From NCBI GenBank assembly GCA_965207445.1, contig CBDBLX010000002.1, forward strand, positions 32,001 to 96,000: 64,000 nt of DNA, written 5' to 3'. Shown here piece by piece: positions 31,243 to 43,358 of this stretch. The DNA is from Nitrosopumilus sp. (GTDB lineage Archaea; Thermoproteota; Nitrososphaeria; Nitrososphaerales; Nitrosopumilaceae). The notes under the pieces are model-generated. The model was not told where the DNA came from. It saw only the letters and a program-made list of their open reading frames with translations, and ran no database searches. Position numbers and translations under genes: made by a program. How positions within the stretch are numbered: position 1 is the stretch's first letter; each line of letters opens with the position of its first letter.

Positions 31243-32760
31243 ATGTTTGCGTTAGAAATTGAGTACCTAAATGGCATCTCATTTTCAGCAGCCAGAAGTG
31301 ACAAGAATGAGGTAGAGTGGCCCCCCAATCCCGATAGAGTCTTCTTAGCCCTTGTTGCGGCATGGGGAGAATCAACCAAGGATCCAGAAGAGGCCGATGC
31401 CTTGCGGTGGCTAGAATCGCAGAATCCCCCCGACGTGTTGGTTCCACATGCGCACCGCCGTACAGATTTTAAAAATTTTGTTCCAACATCAAGCAACGAC
31501 GCGCAATCACTTACATACTTTGGACATAAAGAGATCAAGGGCCGAGGAAAGGTGTACGAACCTATATACGAGATCGAAAAAAACATAATACGAAAACAGA
31601 GATTCTTTCCCGCAATGGTCCTGCCAGACGACAGTAGAGTCGTATATATGATATGGAACGCTTCAGACGTCCCCGCAAAGTATCGTACTGCACTCCTAAA
31701 TCTAACAAGTAGCGTGTCACGACTGGGTCATTCTGCGTCACTGGTGCGCGTCACGGTGTCGCCCGGTACAAACCATCATAAATGTGAAAACAGGTGGGTC
31801 CGCAACGACGACGAAGGTTACCTTTTTCTCCGTTGTCCGTACAAGGGAAGATTTGATAGTTTAACAGAAGAGTACCAACATTATAGTAGTCTGGAGGATA
31901 CACCGTTTAGATGGCGCCCGAGCAGAGCACCCGCTCACAGGTATTTAAAACATGTGTCCGAAGAGATTCCAAACAGAATGGGAGGTGACTGGACGGTTCT
32001 TGCATGTAAAGCCGGCGACGTCCCTCCACTACGAGCATTTCCAGTTGTGGCAAAAAGAATGAGGGACGCCATCATGTCGCACATACACGATCCGGTACAC
32101 GCGGTAATTTCTGGGCACAATCCAGATGGAACTTCACTTCAGAAGCCACACCTAGCTATAATTCCCTTGGCAAATGTAGGATGGAAAAAATATTCTGACG
32201 GGAGACTCTTGGGGCTTGCCATGATATTGCCTAGCACGTCCAAATATGGAAGTGTGGAAAGGAGGCAGTTGAAGGGTGCGGTAATTCAGTTTCTAAATTC
32301 AAGCCAATCCAAGCCCGAAGAGGCCGGCACTCTGCAAATTGGCATGCACACAAAACTGCAGTTGAAGAGATACAATGGTGACAAAGCGTCTCTGCAATCA
32401 GGGCGCTACATGCAGAGTAGTAAGACTTGGAATACCGTAACCCCGATCGTGCTGGACAAGCACCCAAAGAAGAATAAGAGCGCAGAGGACATAATATCTG
32501 ACAGTTGTGAGAATGTGGAGCTACCAAGGCCAGTGTCGATCGAGATCTCCAGGTACTCGCGCGTGGTAGGCGCCTCCGCGGCGTTTACGGCAAAGAAATC
32601 AAGTGACGGTTGGATGCCACCCAAGCGCGGAATGCTGGATAACAAATTCATATGCCACGCATCACTCAGATTTAATGACATGGTGCGCGGACCCGTGATT
32701 ATAGGTTCCGGACGATATTATGGGTTAGGATTGTGTGTGAGACAAGGTGAGAGGGTGTAG
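31243..32760 (+). CDS. csb2: Type I-G Csb2 (Cas5/Cas6 fusion)
   Basis: EWPPNPDRVFLALVA, WNTVTP, Gly-rich GSGRYYGLGLC. Confidence 0.92.
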   Translation: MFALEIEYLNGISFSAARSDKNEVEWPPNPDRVFLALVAAWGESTKDPEEADALRWLESQNPPDVLVPHAHRRTDFKNFVPTSSNDAQSLTYFGHKEIKGRGKVYEPIYEIEKNIIRKQRFFPAMVLPDDSRVVYMIWNASDVPAKYRTALLNLTSSVSRLGHSASLVRVTVSPGTNHHKCENRWVRNDDEGYLFLRCPYKGRFDSLTEEYQHYSSLEDTPFRWRPSRAPAHRYLKHVSEEIPNRMGGDWTVLACKAGDVPPLRAFPVVAKRMRDAIMSHIHDPVHAVISGHNPDGTSLQKPHLAIIPLANVGWKKYSDGRLLGLAMILPSTSKYGSVERRQLKGAVIQFLNSSQSKPEEAGTLQIGMHTKLQLKRYNGDKASLQSGRYMQSSKTWNTVTPIVLDKHPKKNKSAEDIISDSCENVELPRPVSIEISRYSRVVGASAAFTAKKSSDGWMPPKRGMLDNKFICHASLRFNDMVRGPVIIGSGRYYGLGLCVRQGERV

Positions 32761-35651
32761 TGAGCCTCTCAACATCAGACTTTAGTGCATTTTTTAAGGA
32801 GGTGCATGATGGGCTCGAACCGTTCAGGTGGCAGGCGGCGCTGGCCAAAAAGGTGTGCCATACAGGCGAATGGCCCGAAGGGTTGAATCTCCCAACCGGT
32901 TCCGGAAAAACGTCCGTGATTGACGTGGCCGTCTTTCACTTGGCACAGGAGGCCGCCAAAAAGCAAGACAGGAATGCGCCAATCAGGATAGTATTTGTGG
33001 TGGATCGGCGCCTTGTTGTGGATGATGTGTTTGAACATGCGTCCAGGATAGCAACAAAGATACAAGAGTCAAACGGTCCGGTTACTAAAAAAGTCGCAGA
33101 GGCATTAAGTATGCTATCGACAACCGGCGAGCCCTTACGCGTAGTCAAAATAAGAGGTGGTATGGTGCAAGAGCCAGACTGGGCCAAGACTCCTGCGCAA
33201 CCCTTGATTATAGTATCCACGATAGACCAAGCAGGATCAAGATTACTGTTTAGGGGATATGGGGTGTCGCAATCGATGAGGCCGGTTCACGCAGGCCTTT
33301 TGGGAACCGATGTATTGTACATTTTAGATGAGGCACATACGTCCCAGCCCTTTTGTGACACTATGAAAAAAGTGCGCCAGATAATGCAATCCAATAACGT
33401 ATTACGGCCGTTCAAATTCGTGTCAATGAGTGCGACTCTCCCGAGTGGGAGTTTGTTCCCTCCTGAAAACTCAAACATGTTATCAGGCGACAGTTGTTTA
33501 CAAAAGAGAATGTCGGCCCACAAGTATGCAAAGTTAGAAAAGACAAACACAAGCCAGCAGTACGACAAGTTTGTTAAATTTGCGCTGGATCTCGCCGGAC
33601 CAGACGATGTCAAGAGTGTAGGTATCGTGGTCAATAGGGTGGGTGCGGCGCGGCGCATTTTTTTGCAGATGCGGGAAAAATTAAAAGGACATAGTCTTGG
33701 CGAGTGTGAGGTGCATCTTCTCATAGGCAGGGCACGTCCACTAGAACGCGACATGTTTGTAAAAAACAAACTAAATCAAATACGTAACGAGGCCAATGTC
33801 ACAGTAGATAAGATATTTTTTGTCGCGACCCAGTGCATAGAAGTTGGTGTGGACGTGAGTTTTGATGCACTTGTAACTCAGATTGCCCCCATAGACTCAC
33901 TGCGCCAGCGCTTTGGCCGTCTGAACCGAATAGGAAAGTTTGAAGAGAGTAAGGCAGTTATCGTGGCTGTTGGAAACGAGATATTAACAAAAAACAAGAG
34001 CGATCCCATATATGGAGACGTTCTACCACTTGCTTGGAAGTACCTATGTGATTTAAGAAACGAAAATGATGAGATTGATTTTGGTATAAAATATTTTAAT
34101 CCAAAAGAACCCAAAGTTTCGGCTCCAAGGCCGAACTCCGTCACCTTGTTCCCATCCTACGTCGATTTGTGGGCACAGACTCGGCCTCCACCTCACCCAG
34201 ATCCGGCCCCACAATTCTTCCTGCACGGGAAAGACACAAAGTCTCCCGACGTCCAAGTCATATGGAGGACAGACATTATACTAGAATCAGAACGATATCA
34301 TCAGACACTTGTAAGTCCACCATCACAACTTGAGGCGGTATCCATCCCCATCTGGACCGTAAAGAAGTGGCTTTCCAAGAAAACGGACGGGATGGTGGGT
34401 GACGTTGAGGGGGTACCAGAACCAGAAGAAGATAATGATAGTCGAGTGTCAAGTAGGAAGGTATTATTGTGGCATGGGAAAAAAAGCCCGCGAACCAAGA
34501 TTGGGGATTCAAAAGATATAATCCCAGGAGATACGATCATAGTGCCATCTTCATACGGTGGGTGTGACAAGTACGGGTGGGACGACAACAGCTCAGACGA
34601 GGTGAAAGACATAGGTACAGAGTCCAATCTGGTTCAAAGAAGGCGCATAACCCTCAGGCTTAATGAACAGATGATTAAATCTGTATGCGGCCATGAGATG
34701 TGGTCCCAGGTACAAAAAATTACAGAAAAATATGCAGAGTCTCCCGATTATGATGAGATGATCTCTAGTCTGCGCGACATGGTGGGCATTCCCAAGACGT
34801 GGGGGCGCATGTTAGACATAATGAGTCGGGATGTGAGTCTAGTAGGGGTCGAAAAGACATCAGAGGGTGACGAGACATGGATAACAGGAATAACATACAA
34901 GAAAAAGATCCAACTGCCAGAGATCGATGATATTTTTTCTGACAGTGACGAAGTTGGGATTCATGAAAGCGCAAAACATGAAAACACCCACTCAGAGTCA
35001 TCTACCGACGAGGAACACGAGTCCGGCTCGGGTGTGAAAACCGTCAGTTTAATCCACCACAGTGAGGGAGTCCGGGAACATGTGAATATGTTTGGCACTC
35101 ACATAGGACTGGATAGTGCCATACTTGACGACGTAAAGATAGCCGCGTTCTTGCACGACTCCGGCAAGGCAGAAAAGAGGGTGCAAGCGCTACTACGCAA
35201 ACAAGACTCTGACGAGTTATACGATCATAATTTACTCGCGAAGGGAATTTCAAGTACAGATAGTTTGGAAGAATACAACAAGTGCCTAGACAGGGCGCAT
35301 CTACCAAGGGGATACAGGCATGAATGTTGGTCTGTAAATCTCGCAAAAAACCACCCAAACATCGGTAGTGCAAACGATCACGAGTTAGTTCTGTACCTGA
35401 TAGGAACACACCACGGGTATGGAAGACCGTGGTTTCCAGCAATAAACGACGTCCACTATGACGGCACAGATGTGTTTTTGTTTGATGGTGTAGAGGCCAA
35501 GTCCGATTACGAGACTACAAGTATTGATTCCGGATGGATAGACATGGTCAATCGACTAGGACATAGATACGGTTGGTGGCAGCTTGCGTACTTGGAGATG
35601 TTGCTACGACTTGCGGATCACCGCCAGTCTGAAAAGGAGCAGAAGACATGA
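32760..35651 (+). CDS. cas3: Type I-G Cas3 helicase with C-terminal HD nuclease
   Basis: PTGSGKT, VVDRR, GSRLLFRGYG, DEAH, QRFGRLNR; C-terminal LHDSGK, HHG, RLAD. Confidence 0.95.
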   Translation: MSLSTSDFSAFFKEVHDGLEPFRWQAALAKKVCHTGEWPEGLNLPTGSGKTSVIDVAVFHLAQEAAKKQDRNAPIRIVFVVDRRLVVDDVFEHASRIATKIQESNGPVTKKVAEALSMLSTTGEPLRVVKIRGGMVQEPDWAKTPAQPLIIVSTIDQAGSRLLFRGYGVSQSMRPVHAGLLGTDVLYILDEAHTSQPFCDTMKKVRQIMQSNNVLRPFKFVSMSATLPSGSLFPPENSNMLSGDSCLQKRMSAHKYAKLEKTNTSQQYDKFVKFALDLAGPDDVKSVGIVVNRVGAARRIFLQMREKLKGHSLGECEVHLLIGRARPLERDMFVKNKLNQIRNEANVTVDKIFFVATQCIEVGVDVSFDALVTQIAPIDSLRQRFGRLNRIGKFEESKAVIVAVGNEILTKNKSDPIYGDVLPLAWKYLCDLRNENDEIDFGIKYFNPKEPKVSAPRPNSVTLFPSYVDLWAQTRPPPHPDPAPQFFLHGKDTKSPDVQVIWRTDIILESERYHQTLVSPPSQLEAVSIPIWTVKKWLSKKTDGMVGDVEGVPEPEEDNDSRVSSRKVLLWHGKKSPRTKIGDSKDIIPGDTIIVPSSYGGCDKYGWDDNSSDEVKDIGTESNLVQRRRITLRLNEQMIKSVCGHEMWSQVQKITEKYAESPDYDEMISSLRDMVGIPKTWGRMLDIMSRDVSLVGVEKTSEGDETWITGITYKKKIQLPEIDDIFSDSDEVGIHESAKHENTHSESSTDEEHESGSGVKTVSLIHHSEGVREHVNMFGTHIGLDSAILDDVKIAAFLHDSGKAEKRVQALLRKQDSDELYDHNLLAKGISSTDSLEEYNKCLDRAHLPRGYRHECWSVNLAKNHPNIGSANDHELVLYLIGTHHGYGRPWFPAINDVHYDGTDVFLFDGVEAKSDYETTSIDSGWIDMVNRLGHRYGWWQLAYLEMLLRLADHRQSEKEQKT

Positions 35652-36559
35652 GTAAAGACGTCGAGATGCGCGGGTTTGACGGCCACAACCTACTCGCATT
35701 TCTTGCTCTGTTGGGATTGTTGACCGCACTTGGCAGATCGCGTCCGGAGTGGAACCCACGCGCGTCTTGGGCGGGAGTAACACCACACCTGCACATATCA
35801 ACTGAGGCAAACCAGGAACAGATCGTCCGAGAAGTTCTCAAAGGCATAAGTGAAATCGGAGGCCTAATGAAGTTCAGTCCGCTCAAGAACCTGAAACTTA
35901 CGCATGAAGAATTTAGCAAGTTACAGGAGCGAATATCACCGGAAATTATGGTGGCACTTGGATCCGATGGGGCTGCAGATGATACAGGTAAAGTCCTGTA
36001 TCCTCCTTTGTGTACCATGCTTGGTAGTGGGAAGCAGAATTTTTTGGAGCGGCTTGAGAATGCCACATGTGTCGACTATGATGAGGGTGATAAAAATATT
36101 GAAAAAATAAAAAACGTATTGTTTGAAAAATGGGAATACAAGGATAAAGAATCAAAGATTACGTTTCGGTGGGATCCCAAGGAGTATCGACCGCATGCAT
36201 ATCGTGCGAAAAACCCAAGTATTGAGAAATTTTCTGCAATTGATGGCGCGAATCGACTGGCAGCAGTGGGCTTTATCAACTACTGGTGCGTTCCAACCAA
36301 AAATAAGCTAAGTACGGTTGCGTGTAAAAGAGATGGTAAGACTTGGAGTACATTCTGGCCAATTTGGACGAAAAAGATGACACTCGGCTCAATACGCGCA
36401 CTCATGTGTAGTCAATATATGGCCAGCATACAGAACAATAAACTTACCCGTGATGAAGAGCTAAGTTTAAAGGCAATGGGAGTGACTCAAGTCATAAAAG
36501 CCCATATATTTTGGGATGAAAAGTTCCGTAACGTTACATGGGGAGAGCGAGTTTTTTAG
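35648..36559 (+). CDS. csb3: Type I-G short large subunit (Csb3/Cas8g-like)
   Basis: DGHNLLAFLALLG, RWDP, ANRLAAVG, WPIW; overlaps cas3 stop. Confidence 0.72.
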   Translation: MSKDVEMRGFDGHNLLAFLALLGLLTALGRSRPEWNPRASWAGVTPHLHISTEANQEQIVREVLKGISEIGGLMKFSPLKNLKLTHEEFSKLQERISPEIMVALGSDGAADDTGKVLYPPLCTMLGSGKQNFLERLENATCVDYDEGDKNIEKIKNVLFEKWEYKDKESKITFRWDPKEYRPHAYRAKNPSIEKFSAIDGANRLAAVGFINYWCVPTKNKLSTVACKRDGKTWSTFWPIWTKKMTLGSIRALMCSQYMASIQNNKLTRDEELSLKAMGVTQVIKAHIFWDEKFRNVTWGERVF

Positions 36560-39500
36560 TGCAATATAATTTCAATGAGTCATAATTTGTTAGTTGTAGA
36601 AATATAGGATTTTGTTTATGCTCTCGAGTCCGGGGCGATGCTTCAATGGGGCCGCAACTTTTGCGTTGCGGAAATAACAGTGTTCATATATTTTGACGCC
36701 GCCTCCATGACCGCTTCAATGGGGCCGCAACTTTTGCGTTGCGGAAATTTGTCTTGGATGTTTATGATAAATTCATTATGTATGCTTCAATGGGGCCGCA
36801 ACTTTTGCGTTGCGGAAATTTACGCCACCTCAGCAGCACTCACCACTCACGATGCATCTTCAATGGGGCCGCAACTTTTGCGTTGCGGAAATTATTGTGA
36901 ATTAAACATACCATATATTAAACTCAACTCTTCAATGGGGCCGCAACTTTTGCGTTGCGGAAATCTAATCTAGAAATTTTTGTAACTTTTTTAATATATC
37001 TGCTTCAATGGGGCCGCAACTTTTGCGTTGCGGAAATATAAAAAATAATATCGTATATAATAATTAAATGTTAAGCTTCAATGGGGCCGCAACTTTTGTG
37101 TTGCGGAAATCATCTGCTTTGAGCTTGACAGACTGCTGAAAAAAGACGCTTCAATGGGGCCGCAACTTTTGTGTTGCGGAAATAGATGTACGTTCGGCAA
37201 ATACTCTCTCACCATTATACGCTTCAATGGGGCCGCAACTTTTGCGTTGCGGAAATTCACGACAATCTCAATACGTAGAAGAGAAGGCACCGGGCTTCAA
37301 TGGGGCCGCAACTTTTGTGTTGCAGAAATGTGTCTATACGTGTATATCTTATCTTGCTCAATTTTGCTTCAATGGGGCCGCAACTTTTGTGTTGCGGAAA
37401 TGTGTCTATACGTGTATATCTTATCTTGCTCAATTTTGCTTCAATGGGGCCGCAACTTTTGTGTTGCGGAAATTGCCATGGGATCATAATACACACCTGC
37501 CACCCCGTAGCTTCAATGGGGCCGCAACTTTTGTGTTGCGGAAATTCACGACAATCTCAATACGTGGAAGAGAAGGCACCGGGCTTCAATGGGGCCGCAA
37601 CTTTTGTGTTGCGGAAATTAACATCGGTGAGAAAACTATGATTACACCTGACATGCTTCAATGGGGCCGCAACTTTTGTGTTGCGGAAATCGTGACCGAA
37701 CATCATGTCTACTAACTCGGCTTGCATACTTCAATGGGGCCGCAACTTTTGTGTTGCGGAAATCAAATTTTGAATTTGCTCATGACGCAACAATATCAAG
37801 ACTTCAATGGGGCCGCAACTTTTGTGTTGCGGAAATGTCACTGCCTGGTATTACTCTGTCTGAATTTGTGACGCTTCAATGGGGCCGCAACTTTTGTGTT
37901 GCGGAAATGAAACCCTATGTATGAAGGGTAAGTCATTATCGACGTTGCTTCAATGGGGCCGCAACTTTTGTGTTGCGGAAATAATCACAAGACAGGTGGA
38001 CACCAACAAGATCGAGCCGCTTCAATGGGGCCGCAACTTTTGTGTTGCGGAAATCAACCACACCCACACCACCTACCACTAAGGAGACGGGCTTCAATGG
38101 GGCCGCAACTTTTGTGTTGCGGAAATCACAATTGCGGGTCTTCGTTTGTCTGTCCCATGTATGCTTCAATGGGGCCGCAACTTTTGTGTTGCGGAAATCT
38201 AGTTGTTGCTGTAACAAAAAGCGGTAAAACCGTAGCTTCAATGGGGCCGCAACTTTTGTGTTGCGGAAATCTAGTTGTTGCTGTAACAAAAAGCGGTAAA
38301 ACCGTAGCTTCAATGGGGCCGCAACTTTTGTGTTGCGGAAATGACTACAAAAAATACATATTTTGGCATGTATACTGGTGCTTCAATGGGGCCGCAACTT
38401 TTGTGTTGCGGAAATCGCTTCATGACGGGCCAACATGTCAGCGTGACCAACGCTTCAATGGGGCCGCAACTTTTGTGTTGCGGAAATCTATAAAGGTATC
38501 AAGTGTTTGTCCTATTGCTGGTAGCTTCAATGGGGCCGCAACTTTTGTGTTGCGGAAATCAATGATGGTAATTTTCCGTCAGTATCTGCCGCAGTTGCTT
38601 CAATGGGGCCGCAACTTTTGTGTTGCGGAAATTCGCCCCTTTTGTACGCCCAATTCGGCTTTCTCAACTTTGCTTCAATGGGGCCGCAACTTTTGTGTTG
38701 CGGAAATACGCTTATCATTTGGCACACCACACCCACCATAATCGCTTCAATGGGGCCGCAACTTTTGTGTTGCGGAAATATTGGGCAGCGGCGGCGGCAA
38801 TGCAAACAAAAGAGTGCTTCAATGGGGCCGCAACTTTTGTGTTGCGGAAATCAAGACGCAAAAAAATGGATTGCTTTTGTGTCAAAGCTTCAATGGGGCC
38901 GCAACTTTTGTGTTGCGGAAATCTGAGGAGGACTACAAACGACTAAAACAATACGTAATGCTTCAATGGGGCCGCAACTTTTGTGTTGCGGAAATCTGAT
39001 GCTGGCAAATTAGAGATCAGACTAGCCGCGATGCTTCAATGGGGCCGCAACTTTTGTGTTGCGGAAATTACATCATGTATTACCACCTGTAACCCCGTCG
39101 TTTGTAGCTTCAATGGGGCCGCAACTTTTGTGTTGCGGAAATATATACAAGAAACTATTCAAGTGTATAACGCCATATTGCTTCAATGGGGCCGCAACTT
39201 TTGTGTTGCGGAAATAGGGGCGTCAGACAGATTCTGCACGGACTGCCGTGGTGCTTCAATGGGGCCGCAACTTTTGTGTTGCGGAAATGTGACCTCAGTT
39301 GCGGAATTGTCAACTGTACTGTTGCTTCAATGGGGCCGCAACTTTTGTGTTGCAGAAATTCCCCCAAGAAGCAATGGCAACCGGCAACGACTATCTGCTT
39401 CAATGGGGCCGCAACTTTTGTGTTGCGGAAATATGGAATTACAGCGGGAGGCAAACACTGCCATAATCGCTTCAATGGGGCCGCAACTTTTGTGTTGCGG

Positions 39501-42500
39501 AAATGTTTTTTCTTTGATGACTTCTAAAAAACCAAAGACATGCTTCAATGGGGCCGCAACTTTTGTGTTGCGGAAATCGAGTCGGGATCAAATGGAATCT
39601 CCACAGGTTCAGGCTTCAATGGGGCCGCAACTTTTGTGTTGCGGAAATTGCTGTGCGGAATCAGAAATGCGCATATATCAGACGGGCTTCAATGGGGCCG
39701 CAACTTTTGTGTTGCGGAAATATGGAATTACAGCGGGAGGCAAACACTGCCATAATCGCTTCAATGGGGCCGCAACTTTTGTGTTGCGGAAATGTTTTTT
39801 CTTTGATGACTTCTAAAAAACCAAAGACATGCTTCAATGGGGCCGCAACTTTTGTGTTGCGGAAATCGAGTCGGGATCAAATGGAATCTCCACAGGTTCA
39901 GGCTTCAATGGGGCCGCAACTTTTGTGTTGCGGAAATTGCTGTGCGGAATCAGAAATGCGCATATATCAGACGGGCTTCAATGGGGCCGCAACTTTTGTG
40001 TTGCGGAAATTAAACCCCTTGCTAAATATTAACAGTGCAGATAATAGCTTCAATGGGGCCGCAACTTTTGTGTTGCGGAAATTTAGTGTCCGCCGTTAAT
40101 GTGGCCGTAGTCGTAGCCGCTTCAATGGGGCCGCAACTTTTGTGTTGCGGAAATATAGAAAGCCATTGCGTAATAATCAGAATTATCACCTGCTTCAATG
40201 GGGCCGCAACTTTTGTGTTGCGGAAATTATACCGCGCCCTGCCAATATAATGAATATACATGCCGCTTCAATGGGGCCGCAACTTTTGTGTTGCGGAAAT
40301 CATTACGTCTACGGTATTCATCAGCATCTCACCTACGCTTCAATGGGGCCGCAACTTTTGTGTTGCGGAAATCAGGCACCACGCTTGTGGCGGCAAAAAG
40401 TTTAGGCAGGCTTCAATGGGGCCGCAACTTTTGTGTTGCGGAAATCACGGCAAGCACCACTATCATTATAATTGCAGGCCAAACCTTCAATGGGGCCGCA
40501 ACTTTTGTGTTGCGGAAATCGAGGGACGACACAAGCCAAACTACTTCCCAAGATTATCCTTCAATGGGGCCGCAACTTTTGTGTTGCGGAAATACGGGCC
40601 GTCAAACCCGTGTAGAGTTCATGATCGTTCCTTCAATGGGGCCGCAACTTTTGTGTTGCGGAAATTACTGTACTTTGAAATTTACGCCACGTGTGTGAGG
40701 TACCTTCAATGGGGCCGCAACTTTTGTGTTGCGGAAATCCACTGCCAAGAGTTGTATTACTTCCAAATTTCTTACCTTCAATGGGGCCGCAACTTTTGTG
40801 TTGCGGAAATCCCTCCCAGTCCTCATAGTCGGCATCAAATATGCACACCTTCAATGGGGCCGCAACTTTTGTGTTGCGGAAATTCTACTAGAAGCAAGGC
40901 AGGCCTTAAAGATAGAGCTACCTTCAATGGGGCCGCAACTTTTGTGTTGCGGAAATTTAAAATAGAGATTTCATCGCATGAAGCCCGTGCGTTCCTTCAA
41001 TGGGGCCGCAACTTTTGTGTTGCGGAAATTATGATAATATTGTGGTTCTTTTTTGCATGTTTGGGTCCTTCAATGGGGCCGCAACTTTTGTGTTGCGGAA
41101 ATACCCAAATCAAACAATAATTGAACGGTGTAATTTAGATCCTTCAATGGGGCCGCAACTTTTGTGTTGCGGAAATCAAAAGCCACAGTATATGTAAGTG
41201 GTTCGTTATATAGCCTTCAATGGGGCCGCAACTTTTGTGTTGCGGAAATCTTTTGTGCAGATAAAGGTATTACATGGCATACAGTCCTTCAATGGGGCCG
41301 CAACTTTTGTGTTGCGGAAATTTGATATCACGTCCATCCCCGGTATGAGGTCTACTCCTTCAATGGGGCCGCAACTTTTGTGTTGCGGAAATGGTGTTCA
41401 TGAATGATAGTGAGGCCCCTATTACCGTTCCTTCAATGGGGCCGCAACTTTTGTGTTGCGGAAATCAGTAAAACAGAGAAACGACGCAAGCCAAGCAGGC
41501 CCTTCAATGGGGCCGCAACTTTTGTGTTGCGGAAATCCCCACATAGTGGTTATACTTCTCCTCTAGTCAATCACCTTCAATGGGGCCGCAACTTTTGTGT
41601 TGCGGAAATCTAGTGACTATGATACTATTGAACAGTATTATGGCCCTTCAATGGGGCCGCAACTTTTGTGTTGCGGAAATCTGCCACCCTCATATCTATT
41701 CTTGTGATGTTCGTTGTGCCTTCAATGGGGCCGCAACTTTTGTGTTGCGGAAATCATGTGGGTAGTTTTACCACTATTATCAATACCCTCACCTTCAATG
41801 GGGCCGCAACTTTTGTGTTGCGGAAATCGTCAATATCTCCTTTATCGACGCGGCCGGGTGTCAACCTTCAATGGGGCCGCAACTTTTGTGTTGCGGAAAT
41901 AAGTCCATAAATGGTGTAAATGTATGCAGGTATTATGCCCTTCAATGGGGCCGCAACTTTTGTGTTGCGGAAATCTAGGCCTAATTGACGTAACATCTTA
42001 AACATATCAGACCTTCAATGGGGCCGCAACTTTTGTGTTGCGGAAATTGGATATTACAGTTTCTTGATCTGTAGAGTTGACATATCCTTCAATGGGGCCG
42101 CAACTTTTGTGTTGCGGAAATTTCTCTAGGGGAATTGTATACTCTGGATTGCGATCAGGCCTTCAATGGGGCCGCAACTTTTGTGTTGCGGAAATTACAT
42201 AATGACCACTGGCAAGTCACTGTACAAAAGGCACCCTTCAATGGGGCCGCAACTTTTGTGTTGCGGAAATTTGAATCAATATTTAGATATTTAACCGCTT
42301 GCTTGACCTTCAATGGGGCCGCAACTTTTGTGTTGCGGAAATACATGTGTGTATTATTGCTCAGTTGACTGTTTATTTCCTTCAATGGGGCCGCAACTTT
42401 TGTGTTGCGGAAATAGGACAAGATATTGAGTATAAGCAATTATACCTTAGCCTTCAATGGGGCCGCAACTTTTGTGTTGCGGAAATTCATTTTACTGCAC

Positions 42501-43086
42501 AATATGTGCACACAATTGTAACCTTCAATGGGGCCGCAACTTTTGTGTTGCGGAAATTCATCACATGAGGGTTCAGTCTCATCGAGGTGGCCGTTCCTTC
42601 AATGGGGCCGCAACTTTTGTGTTGCGGAAATTTGCGGAATTATCCACAGTGTTATTAAATTTGTCACCTTCAATGGGGGTAACAGTTCAACCCCTATTTT
42701 GTAAGTAGTCATGCAGATACAGCAATAGCGATCACCGATCATTACTGTGATCGAATTTACGTAAATCTAAATGATAAACACGACGATATGTGAGAAAGTG
42801 CTCAAAATGTTGAAAACACGTTTGATTATTTTTTGCATCTAGGCAGGAAATTACTCAACTAATTGACCTGTGGTCAGCTTTTGACATTGCGGCCTGTTAA
42901 ATACATATTTTTCTACTTATCATTGTACTCGAAAATGATAAGTAGAAAATCTATTGATATTGTATTGCAAAAACAGTATTTAGACTATTTTAACCACAAT
43001 AATGAAAATTTACATAATTGTGTACATGGTGTACGCAAACACAGTTGTGCGGTGGGTAGCAAAATCATCAGAGGTGGTGTGTTGCA

Positions 43087-43356
43087 ATGATCTCAGAGAT
43101 GGCCACACTGCGCAAAGAAATTCATACATTGCACTCACAGTTGGATTCTGCAAATGATACGATACGCAACAATTCTGCTGAATTAGAGAAGAGTCATCTA
43201 GAGACGGCTACTGCGCGAGCAGAGATTGCGGTATTAGAAGAGAAATACTCCAAAATGTCTGCCAAAAACAAGCAGCTTGAGGATACAATAAAGCAACAGC
43301 AACAGCCACAATTGCAGTCAGGAATGCATAGTTTTGAGAGAGTCAGGAATGCATAG
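43087..43356 (+). CDS. IS66 transposase N-terminal coiled-coil segment, out of frame with the catalytic part
   Basis: Heptad-like sequence; ends within a 25-bp tandem duplication. Confidence 0.6.
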   Translation: MISEMATLRKEIHTLHSQLDSANDTIRNNSAELEKSHLETATARAEIAVLEEKYSKMSAKNKQLEDTIKQQQQPQLQSGMHSFERVRNA

Positions 43357-43358
43357 TT

